Of a DNA stretch of 20,000 nucleotides, positions 9,232 through 17,147 are shown in pieces. The position numbers and the translations under genes were made by a program. This DNA is from an uncultured virus (IMG/VR IMGVR_UViG_3300031281_000001) (taxonomy: Duplodnaviria > Heunggongvirae > Uroviricota > Caudoviricetes): the IMG/VR virus record IMGVR_UViG_3300031281_000001. One strand, 5' to 3'. The notes beneath the pieces were generated by a model. The model searched no databases. It saw nothing but the letters and a program-made list of their open reading frames with translations, and had not been told where the DNA came from. Position 1 is the stretch's first letter. Every line of letters starts with the position of its first letter.

Positions 9232-9989
9232 ATCATTACATTTTCCATATGTTCTACTTTATTTACAACATATGAAGGATTTTCCTGTAAGAACTCTTTT
9301 AATGTCAATTTTCTAAAAGATACAATTTCACTATCAGGGCAAATATTTAATATCTCTACATTTTTCTTTTTAGCATCTTCCAAAATACTTGGGAATCCCG
9401 TTAGATGCCTATCAAATGGAAAAGTAGGCCGTCTACGAGGATGCCTATCAGCAGGATTTCTTCCCATCCTATGATACAAATTATGCCAATGTTGTTTTCC
9501 TTCTTTATCAATTTTCATATCAAACCCTATTAACATTATTCTCTTTGCACCAAAATGAACAGCTAAATTAATAGCAGCCGAACCACTATTCGAGTTCCAC
9601 GACAATCGTTTAGGATCATTACTTATACCCTTACTATGAGAAGAATCTCTATTTAAATATTTAATCCAACTATACTTTTCACATAATGGATGACAAGAAA
9701 CCTTTATTCCTGGAAAAGCCGCCAGCCCTAATTTTTCTCTAAGAAAAAATCCATTATCCCCAAAAAATACGACATCTATCCAATCCCCTATTTTATAAGC
9801 CATATTTACCGCTATTACATGTTTATCATGTAATATACTCATATATGGCGAGTAGACATTAGGAGTAGTTTTTTCAGAAATGACATCTTGTACTACCCTA
9901 TTAGGAATACCAAATTGTTCAGTTAATGAAGGCCCACCTCCTAATATCCATACATCACCACCTTCCCACATTCTAGGAACATTCCACAT
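9228..9989 (-). CDS. Maf/DUF115 (MptE-like, CstII/GT42-related fold) putative glycosyltransferase
   Basis: ILGGGPSL, VIAVN, FFGD, NSGSAAINLAVHFGAKRIMLIGFDM, HWH. ATG at 9989 overlaps the upstream TGA; GTG at 9992 is an alternative start. Confidence 0.65.
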   Translation of the reverse strand: MWNVPRMWEGGDVWILGGGPSLTEQFGIPNRVVQDVISEKTTPNVYSPYMSILHDKHVIAVNMAYKIGDWIDVVFFGDNGFFLREKLGLAAFPGIKVSCHPLCEKYSWIKYLNRDSSHSKGISNDPKRLSWNSNSGSAAINLAVHFGAKRIMLIGFDMKIDKEGKQHWHNLYHRMGRNPADRHPRRRPTFPFDRHLTGFPSILEDAKKKNVEILNICPDSEIVSFRKLTLKEFLQENPSYVVNKVEHMENVMI

Positions 9990-10357
9990 CACCGAGATAA
10001 ATCTGAAATTAATTTGTTAGCTGTTACTTCATCTAAAGGTTTCTGATTTATTATTTTTCCAGTAGATGTTAAAACATTGAAAAATCCTTCTTCATCTTCG
10101 GCTGGTTGTAATTTGTAAGAAGCTTTATTCACGTTTGAAACTGGTATTTCTTCCATTATTTCCTGTTGTGGAATTATCACATCACGGAAGGCTTTGGAAA
10201 CTTCGTGTGGAAATGCTTTAAACCTTTCCCCTGGTTTTATTATTCTATTTTTTCCTATACGGAAAGTTTTTCCATTATTCTTAAACCAAATCTTTTCATC
10301 TGTAGCCTTATTTTTTTCTAAAGAAACTACACCATTTTGTTTATCACTTCGAATCAT
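9989..10357 (-). CDS. Hypothetical protein directly downstream of the major capsid protein
   Basis: 122-aa ORF filling the gap, coupled to the next gene by TGATG; no family recognised. Confidence 0.6.
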   Translation of the reverse strand: MIRSDKQNGVVSLEKNKATDEKIWFKNNGKTFRIGKNRIIKPGERFKAFPHEVSKAFRDVIIPQQEIMEEIPVSNVNKASYKLQPAEDEEGFFNVLTSTGKIINQKPLDEVTANKLISDLSR

Positions 10358-10402
10358 ATCTTTCTATTTAAATTAATACTTGATTAGTATTATTCTATAA
10401 AA

Positions 10403-11512
10403 TTAAGCTAAGTGAACAATGCCACTTCTCTTATTATAATCCGAACGGATTTGAGGAACCTGGATGGTCATGACTTTGTAGTTAGTGACCATATTCCCCT
10501 CAGATTTCCATTCTACATTCTGAAGGCCCATTCCGCGAACAAGACGAACAACATCAGAAGTCATTTGAACTAAAAGAACATTGCCATCTGTCAATGTATC
10601 AATAACTTTAATTCCTTTAATTCCATTAATCTTCATAATGCGTTCACGAATTGTTGTTCCAGGTGTAGTGGAATCATAATCATCATCCAAAACAGTTTCA
10701 TACGTTGTTGGAATATATAACATCCACGGGCCATAATGATAATCTGCAATACTTGCTTGTTTCATTTCAAGAACATCCTGAATAATTCCTGCCCCCGTCA
10801 TTGCAGAAGAGTTCCATGCAATACTCAAATTAATAAGATTCCTGTCAGGATGATTTACATAACTATAAATAGTATTCCTGCCATTACTTCCTTTCTCACC
10901 CCATGAATACGTTGTATTTGTAAACAACATTGCTTCCAATTTTTCAGCTACTTTACGAGCAGCTATTTGAGCATCAATCGTATCAAGTGGATTACCCAAA
11001 TTGCGGGATGCTGCTAATTCACGAGCATTTATCTCATAATCGATGTGAATTATAGGAATTGGTAAATAATGGTAGTTGAAATCAGGGCGGTCATTCTTTG
11101 CTCTGGTAATACCATCCATCGTAAGTTCAGCTTCAAAAGCATCACTTACATCATGATATTCAAGAATTGTAGTCCCCATTGCATTACCTAAATTATAGGT
11201 AAGCCCATTGTCAACTAAATCCTGAATACCGATTAATCGAGTACGGGATACATCCAATAGTGCATCATCTAATGATTTCCATTCATCACGACGAAGTGTG
11301 GCATTTGTCAAAGGAACTTGGTACGTATGATAACTTGTTGCTTTTTTAGGATTTCCACCAGTATAAACCGTTACATATGCATTACCATTATCATCTATAA
11401 ATGGCCTTCTGGATCCTATATTAAGTTGTCCATTTGCCATTAAATATTTGGCAATGTCCCCTTGTCCACCACTTTTTAAAAGCACATCAACATTTGCATT
11501 TATTCTTTTCAT
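10403..11512 (-). CDS. Major capsid protein, HK97 fold (encapsulin/Linocin_M18-like)
   Basis: 369 aa from ATG 11512, preceded by SD AAAGGAGG. LRRDEWKSLDD..R, LPIPIIHIDYEINARELAASRNLGNPLD..AARKVAEKLE and YGPWMLY resemble encapsulin-type shells; position after protease and decoration genes. Confidence 0.85.
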   Translation of the reverse strand: MKRINANVDVLLKSGGQGDIAKYLMANGQLNIGSRRPFIDDNGNAYVTVYTGGNPKKATSYHTYQVPLTNATLRRDEWKSLDDALLDVSRTRLIGIQDLVDNGLTYNLGNAMGTTILEYHDVSDAFEAELTMDGITRAKNDRPDFNYHYLPIPIIHIDYEINARELAASRNLGNPLDTIDAQIAARKVAEKLEAMLFTNTTYSWGEKGSNGRNTIYSYVNHPDRNLINLSIAWNSSAMTGAGIIQDVLEMKQASIADYHYGPWMLYIPTTYETVLDDDYDSTTPGTTIRERIMKINGIKGIKVIDTLTDGNVLLVQMTSDVVRLVRGMGLQNVEWKSEGNMVTNYKVMTIQVPQIRSDYNKRSGIVHLA

Positions 11513-11530
11513 TGTCTTTCCTCCTTTCAA

Positions 11531-12052
11531 TTACATTATACGAATTAAAGTATGCTGAGTAGTTGTGGCTCCAAACTCACTGGAATCTGTAGTTGACAAT
11601 GAAGTCAAATCCTTTGCTTCAACAGCCTGTCCTACTACATGCTGATCATATAATGTATGAGCACCACCACCTGGGTACGCATCATCTGATTCCCAAGATT
11701 CATTTGTGCGAACTTCCTTACGAACAAATCCTGCCCCATTAGATTCTACAAAATCCCCAATGGAAACGCTGTCTTCATCAGCAAGTAACAAATAGGCCAT
11801 ATCACCACGTTGTGGAATCCATACACGAACCTTATCCCCACTTGCATACGCTTCATCAATGGCCTTACCTTGTAAGGCATCTTCAATCGCAACCATTACT
11901 AAAGCAGTTTTTCCAGCTCCAGAATGTTTCTGCACTTTACCGGCACTAGTCAATTCTACAAGTTGTCCTGGGAGAATTGTTCCATATGCTTCGTATTCTT
12001 CAAATACATGAAGATAATCTTTAATTATAATCGTATTATGTTTAATAGACAT
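11531..12052 (-). CDS. Putative capsid decoration/cement protein
   Basis: 173 aa, beta-rich (GTILPGQLVEL, AYASGDKVRV, SIGDFVESNGAG, VVGQAVEA); strong SD AGGAGG at 12061-12066; between protease and MCP. Confidence 0.7.
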   Translation of the reverse strand: MSIKHNTIIIKDYLHVFEEYEAYGTILPGQLVELTSAGKVQKHSGAGKTALVMVAIEDALQGKAIDEAYASGDKVRVWIPQRGDMAYLLLADEDSVSIGDFVESNGAGFVRKEVRTNESWESDDAYPGGGAHTLYDQHVVGQAVEAKDLTSLSTTDSSEFGATTTQHTLIRIM

Positions 12053-12069
12053 CGTATTTTCCTCCTTTC

Positions 12070-13923
12070 TTATTTCTTAGTTTCTTCTTCAAGTTCAATT
12101 CCGGCAGGTAACATATGATTTACAATGTTTGCATTAACCCCTACTTTCCTCATTCCTAAAGCTGAATAATTAATAATTTCACTGTTTTCATCATTTTCTG
12201 TTACTACAGAATTATAAAGCTTTTCAAGAAAAGCATCATTACATGCTTTCAAATCATCGTCCGACCAAGTTCCCTGTTCAGTATTGGACTGAATGCTTCT
12301 AATCCAATTATCCCTGCGAGCTTGTTTTTGAGCACGTCCAAATTCTAATGCTTCTTTATCTTCTACAGATAACGCATTTAGAATCATTTCACGAGTAATT
12401 TTAACCTCAGAGTTAGTGGCTGGTTTATTTTCTACTGGAACAGCATCCAACCATGCTTCATCCTTTTCCAGTAAATACTCACGATCAGCGGCAGTAAAAG
12501 GATTTGCATTACTCTGAATTATTGCAACCACTTTTTCCATACACTTCCCGCACTCTTCTTTATTTGCCATAGAAGTACCTCCTTTTAAATTATTATTAAA
12601 TTTAGCTTTCTCTTCATGAGTTCCCAATGGGACATAATCAACTTTTTGTCTTACTTCCGTTGGATTTCCCAACAATACTGGAAATCCATTCGTATCCAAC
12701 TCATATTCTTGTTGGTACATACGTTGATCAGGGCTTTCTCTATTTCTTTTAGAGAATACAATATGAGTATTATTCATATCCTCTAAATAATGAGAAGCAC
12801 TTTGATTATCCATTCGATCCAACATTCGTTGAGCTGACTGAACCATAGACTTATATCCTTGATCTATGTTAGCATTAAGAATATTTTGAATATGTTCCTG
12901 TTTCTCAAGTTCAACCCCCATATTATTGCCTACATCAATGTCAAAATCTTTAGCTTTTGCTTTAATCTTAGTAAAGGCAGAAGCTCTTTCTTCAGAACTT
13001 ATTCCTTGTACTTGACTAATTCTTACCAAAGCATTTCTAACATGATCAACATCAAAAAGAGGAAGATGACTTGCACTTGGTGGATCTTTAGGGATGGCAT
13101 AGAACTCATTTGCAGACATCCCTAATTCTTTGCGTTTAGCCTCCATATCGGTGCCTTTAGCATCAATTTGCATGTTTACATTTTCTCCTTTCTTTTCATT
13201 ATTAACACGTACCCCACAACCGTCATTCCATGAACAAGCCCCTGTAGCGCCGGGCAAGAGAGCTAAGTGATCTGGTCTATGGTTTCTAGCTGTAGCAGTA
13301 TATCTTTCATTGTTCCAAATACCCGAAGTTTCATCTTCATCAGTGAATACCCCTATACTAACTTCCAGGGGTTCCCCTGTTATAATAGCTGTGTATGCTT
13401 CTGGGGAAATTTCCTGTAATTTCTCTGGATCTATATATCCTTCTGCTTTTAATTTTACACCATCCATATGGGCATTGAATGTTTGTCCTACAGATAATGA
13501 TAACATTTCTGGAGAATTTGCTGAAACATTGATTCCTTCTGTATTAACAGGATGTTGTATCATTATAGGCATTCCATTCCACGCCTCAGGAAATCTACCT
13601 AATTCAGATGCTGGGTGATATAAAGGGCCTAATGATCCATTATGAACACCTTCAACCATCATTGTAATTGGAACGATAATATGCTTCTTTCCTTTGTATA
13701 CCGTCTCACGAATTACATAATTTATATTGGAAATGTTAATATGTAATTGATTTCCGGTTACACCATTTGCCTGACGAATAGCAGAAGCTGCACAAGTCTC
13801 TTCACTGCCACCATCAGCCATACATTTACGTAAAACAGAATTTGCTATTTCTGCCCATTGTCGTTTTTGTTTAGCAGATAACCCTTTTTTATGTTTATCC
13901 GCATCTTCTGCTCTCCACGGCAT
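12070..13923 (-). CDS. DUF2213-type prohead protease/scaffold fusion with ChaB-like N-terminus and DUF6582-like insert
   Basis: MVEGVHNG..LY..EL..WNGMPIMIQHP, LEVSIG and RPDHLALLPGATGACSWNDGCG in the N-terminal half; charged helical C-terminal half; between minor head and decoration genes. Confidence 0.8.
   Translation of the reverse strand: MPWRAEDADKHKKGLSAKQKRQWAEIANSVLRKCMADGGSEETCAASAIRQANGVTGNQLHINISNINYVIRETVYKGKKHIIVPITMMVEGVHNGSLGPLYHPASELGRFPEAWNGMPIMIQHPVNTEGINVSANSPEMLSLSVGQTFNAHMDGVKLKAEGYIDPEKLQEISPEAYTAIITGEPLEVSIGVFTDEDETSGIWNNERYTATARNHRPDHLALLPGATGACSWNDGCGVRVNNEKKGENVNMQIDAKGTDMEAKRKELGMSANEFYAIPKDPPSASHLPLFDVDHVRNALVRISQVQGISSEERASAFTKIKAKAKDFDIDVGNNMGVELEKQEHIQNILNANIDQGYKSMVQSAQRMLDRMDNQSASHYLEDMNNTHIVFSKRNRESPDQRMYQQEYELDTNGFPVLLGNPTEVRQKVDYVPLGTHEEKAKFNNNLKGGTSMANKEECGKCMEKVVAIIQSNANPFTAADREYLLEKDEAWLDAVPVENKPATNSEVKITREMILNALSVEDKEALEFGRAQKQARRDNWIRSIQSNTEQGTWSDDDLKACNDAFLEKLYNSVVTENDENSEIINYSALGMRKVGVNANIVNHMLPAGIELEEETKK
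12578..12584 (-). promoter_or_regulatory. Internal Shine-Dalgarno (AAGGAGG) for in-frame ATG at 12570 (putative 166-aa scaffolding protein)
   Basis: Minus strand reads AAAAGGAGGTACTTCTATGGCAAAT; 7-nt spacer; ATG is in frame (codon 452). Confidence 0.6.
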
Positions 13924-13948
13924 AATTTTTCATATTTTAAGTTAATAA

Positions 13949-14890
13949 TTACTGAATTAAAAACGGAAGGGCAATACATCTACACAATGGATGTGCTGGA
14001 ATCATTCCCTCTATTTCATCTAATGTAAACACTTTTCCTTGTAAAGAAGCACATTTAGGACATACTCTATCATCACCAGCAGTCATCCATTCACCTTGAA
14101 CAATCACACCATGTACTGCCCAGTTTCTATATTCCTGAATAGTAGCTACATGATGTGCCCTTATAATTTCTGTTCTAGCCAAAATTTCTGCTCTCCGTTT
14201 AGCTGGTATAAATCTACCTAAACTATCAGTGATTCCCAATTCTCCAACACCTTGCCCATTAATAACTGCTATTAATTTACGGGCAATTAATCTTGGATGA
14301 TCCCCATCTGCTATTCCTTGAGCAAGGATTCTACTGATGAATGAATCCATAGCATCAGTTATCCCCTTCAAATCAGTATACACTCTGGTGTAAAGTAAAC
14401 CAAGACGATCTATATGAAAAGGAGTTGTCATCGACATTTCTATTCCCCCTGTTTGCTCTATAGATGGCACATCGAATCCAGCTTTTTGTAATTCAATACG
14501 AGCCCTTATTATCCCTCTTTTATATGAATCATAAATATATTTATTTTCCCAAGCAGAATTAATAGCAGTGCCTATTTGTTCAAATTCTCTTATTGATAGC
14601 AATCCAGCATTTACTTGTTGCTCCAACCATTCCATAAATTTAGCAACTTTATCTTTACTTAAACGATAAGCAAAAACATGCCATCCTGCAGAAATCATTT
14701 GTTGTGTAACAAACCCCCCTTCTACTTCTTTTAATCCAAAACAATCATTTAAATCAACTGTTTGTCTAATGATACTTATTAAATTGTTAAATCGTTTCGA
14801 CATATCATTGGCAAACACATTACGAAGTGCTGTGGTATGCGTGGGATCATATTTATTATACACATATGGTGTTATGCCAGCACTATTCAT
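13949..14890 (-). CDS. Phage head morphogenesis protein (SPP1 gp7 / Mu gpF-like)
   Basis: RRAEILARTEIIRAH and WMTAGDDRVCPKCASLQG..IPAHPLCRC. Probable start ATG 14890 overlapping the portal stop; ORF track begins at 14914. Confidence 0.9.
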   Translation of the reverse strand: MNSAGITPYVYNKYDPTHTTALRNVFANDMSKRFNNLISIIRQTVDLNDCFGLKEVEGGFVTQQMISAGWHVFAYRLSKDKVAKFMEWLEQQVNAGLLSIREFEQIGTAINSAWENKYIYDSYKRGIIRARIELQKAGFDVPSIEQTGGIEMSMTTPFHIDRLGLLYTRVYTDLKGITDAMDSFISRILAQGIADGDHPRLIARKLIAVINGQGVGELGITDSLGRFIPAKRRAEILARTEIIRAHHVATIQEYRNWAVHGVIVQGEWMTAGDDRVCPKCASLQGKVFTLDEIEGMIPAHPLCRCIALPFLIQ

Positions 14891-16307
14891 TTTTCTCGTC
14901 ATTAGATTGTTCAAAATCCTCTTGTTGCGTACTCGATTGTTGCCCTATCGCTTCTATTATCTTTCGCTCTTGCTCAACTTCTGATCCTATCATTTGCCGA
15001 ACCATATTTATCTGATCCGAACTCAAACCAAGACCAAGTTCCAAAAATGCCTGTGGGGGTAATACCGCTTCGGCTATTGGGCTGATAGTATAATCCCTAA
15101 TAGCCGTTGCCCTATCTTTACCGATTTTTACACGATCCGCTTCCGACAATGCAAATAAATCCTCCCAGTTAATAGAATACTTGTTCGTAGAAAGGTTAGG
15201 CAAAAGTCGTAAAGTCTGGCACGCTTTTACAAAAGGGCGTATAATATGTGGTTCGGCATGTTCCTGTCTTCTTATCATCACATAAGATTTCCATTCCCCA
15301 GAATCTTGAGCACTTGAAAGTTCACCACGTTCACTACCTACTAATATTCTTTTTGGTATTCCTGTAACTGCTGAAATCATCATTAATTGTACCTCTGCAT
15401 GATTTTTTGGATCGGCTATTTGTTGATCCAAGGACTTTAAATCAAGCCCTTCACTAATCAATATTCTTCTTAAATTATGTTCAAATTCATCAATTTGATC
15501 TTTTAAATCTTGTTTAGTTTTAAGGGTCATTTGAAAATCCTTATCTACATTACCAGAATAACCAGGGCGGGCCCCACGCCAAAACATTTCTGCATCACCA
15601 CCAACCAACTTCTCTAAGTCCATTAAACGATTGAAAACAACTTCCAAAACAGGAGCACATTCAATATCTGACTCAAGTGGATCGTTTACGATGTGTACGA
15701 TCCGTGAATAATGTACATCAGCAGTCATACTTACTCCACCTTCCAATTCCTGTATAGTAATTGTATAGATTAGTGGTTTACCATATCTCGCATTATTTGG
15801 ATCGGTTTCATATGTTGTTATTTTAGCACTTCCCTCACTAAATGCTTTCAAATAAACTAAATTACTACCAATTTTAGTGGGAGTTCTAAAATCCTCATTT
15901 TGACGAACATCATCCAATCCCAAAAGAATAATTCCATATTTTCCAATACTTGACAAACGATCAACCCTTGAAAACAAAGATTGTAATTCAAATTTAGAGT
16001 TTAATTCCCCCCAAGCTTTTTCAAATGGGGTTTCTTCCATCAATTGGGATTCTACCAATTCCAATTTTCCTTGCCATGTGGCCTTTACAGGACGATCAAT
16101 TATCGCCTTTGCTATATCCTGTCGTAAATATCTTTCTTCATATTGCGTATATGTGATCGTCTTTAAATAACCTAAAGCTTGATAAATATCCCTATTTCCA
16201 CTATAGGATTGAGTCCCCATAGATGTTGCAAGATTCATCCTGGCCACTAATGCACTGGCCAGTGTGTGGAAATCATTTATCTGAATATTTTGTTTTGCCC
16301 GTATCAT
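14883..16307 (-). CDS. Portal protein (DUF1073-type)
   Basis: 474 aa; RQDIAKAIIDRPV, VHYSRIVH, FNRLMDLEKLVGG.AEMFWRGA, GIPKRILVGSERGELSSAQD; directly upstream of the gp7-like gene. Confidence 0.85.
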   Translation of the reverse strand: MIRAKQNIQINDFHTLASALVARMNLATSMGTQSYSGNRDIYQALGYLKTITYTQYEERYLRQDIAKAIIDRPVKATWQGKLELVESQLMEETPFEKAWGELNSKFELQSLFSRVDRLSSIGKYGIILLGLDDVRQNEDFRTPTKIGSNLVYLKAFSEGSAKITTYETDPNNARYGKPLIYTITIQELEGGVSMTADVHYSRIVHIVNDPLESDIECAPVLEVVFNRLMDLEKLVGGDAEMFWRGARPGYSGNVDKDFQMTLKTKQDLKDQIDEFEHNLRRILISEGLDLKSLDQQIADPKNHAEVQLMMISAVTGIPKRILVGSERGELSSAQDSGEWKSYVMIRRQEHAEPHIIRPFVKACQTLRLLPNLSTNKYSINWEDLFALSEADRVKIGKDRATAIRDYTISPIAEAVLPPQAFLELGLGLSSDQINMVRQMIGSEVEQERKIIEAIGQQSSTQQEDFEQSNDEKNE

Positions 16308-16753
16308 TATTTAATCTTTATTAAATACGTTGTATCATTATGCAATGACTTACTTATCATATTATTTAAAACAACATCTTTTTCACCCCCTTTGTCAATA
16401 TTGCTTATTTCATTTTTTATAAACTTCATAAATTCAATAATTATATCAAACTTCATATCAGTTGAACTAACAATACTCTTGTGTTGCTCCTGATTTTCTA
16501 ACTTAAAGTCAGATATATCATTATTAATTTTGTTATCCTGCTGGTTAACGTACTGTAATAATGACATAAATTGCGAATCTACTTCAGTTTTTTTAGGACG
16601 GTCGTTAATGTCTTTTCGCAATTCCTCTGTCTTATTTTTTGCGTCTACTATTACGGAATAAACACCGCTCCACCACAAACCTAAACACCCAAATAAGCAT
16701 GTTAATAAAGCTCCTAACAATAGCTTTGTCCATTCTTTTTTTAACCAGTTCAT
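16307..16753 (-). CDS. Single-TM membrane protein with coiled-coil C-terminus (possible holin-like)
   Basis: Hydrophobic LLLGALLTCLFGCLGLWWSGV followed by a polar helical region; stop overlaps the portal ATG. Confidence 0.55.
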   Translation of the reverse strand: MNWLKKEWTKLLLGALLTCLFGCLGLWWSGVYSVIVDAKNKTEELRKDINDRPKKTEVDSQFMSLLQYVNQQDNKINNDISDFKLENQEQHKSIVSSTDMKFDIIIEFMKFIKNEISNIDKGGEKDVVLNNMISKSLHNDTTYLIKIK

Positions 16754-17144
16754 GTCCCTTGTATATTAATGTTATTACCCCTATTATTATTATTGATATA
16801 AGCATCCCATCCCATATCTTAACCCACACCACATTGTCCTTGCCTACAAATAAATTTACTTCAAAAACGCATATAAAATAATAAGCCATTTTTGCTATTA
16901 AAAAAATAGGCAATATCCATTTAAGAATAATTTTTCCAATCCTTTCAGGGTGCATGTATCCGGCATACCAGCACGTACAAGCGAAAGCAATGTGAGTGGC
17001 TAAATTATAAATAGATTTTTGCAAATAACTATACTCTCTTATTTTAGCCCCTATTGCATGATATTCGCTAATTAACGCCATGTATATAATTGGAATAATT
17101 ACAGCCATGCTTGTTATTAGTTTATATTTTATATCATCTTTCAT
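16632..17144 (-). CDS. Multi-pass (4-5 TM) membrane protein of unknown function
   Basis: Several ~20-aa hydrophobic segments, basic C-terminus (RRKK). Confidence 0.6.
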   Translation of the reverse strand: MKDDIKYKLITSMAVIIPIIYMALISEYHAIGAKIREYSYLQKSIYNLATHIAFACTCWYAGYMHPERIGKIILKWILPIFLIAKMAYYFICVFEVNLFVGKDNVVWVKIWDGMLISIIIIGVITLIYKGHELVKKRMDKAIVRSFINMLIWVFRFVVERCLFRNSRRKK

Positions 17145-17147
17145 CGT

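Noticed and set aside
1187..9989. Host chromosomal O-antigen/capsule locus
   Set aside because: Flanked on both sides by coupled phage head genes; lacks wzx/wzy/wzz, ABC export and priming transferase genes.
1187..9989. DNA hypermodification (T4-like glucosylation) cluster
   Set aside because: No hydroxymethylase, nucleotide kinase or replication genes nearby, and it sits in the late structural operon. Disfavoured, not excluded.
10374..10392. Hairpin taatact-tgatt-agtatta after the MCP as an intrinsic terminator
   Set aside because: Seven-bp, nearly all-AT stem without a proper U-tract on the coding strand; too weak to call.
10403..11512. Cellular encapsulin nanocompartment
   Set aside because: Context (portal, gp7-like, protease, adaptor, closure) identifies a phage capsid; no peroxidase or ferritin-like cargo gene.
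14883..16307. Anti-CBASS Acb1 nuclease (label sometimes attached to DUF1073 proteins)
   Set aside because: Size, motifs and position fit a portal; I see no pair of 2H-phosphoesterase HxT motifs.
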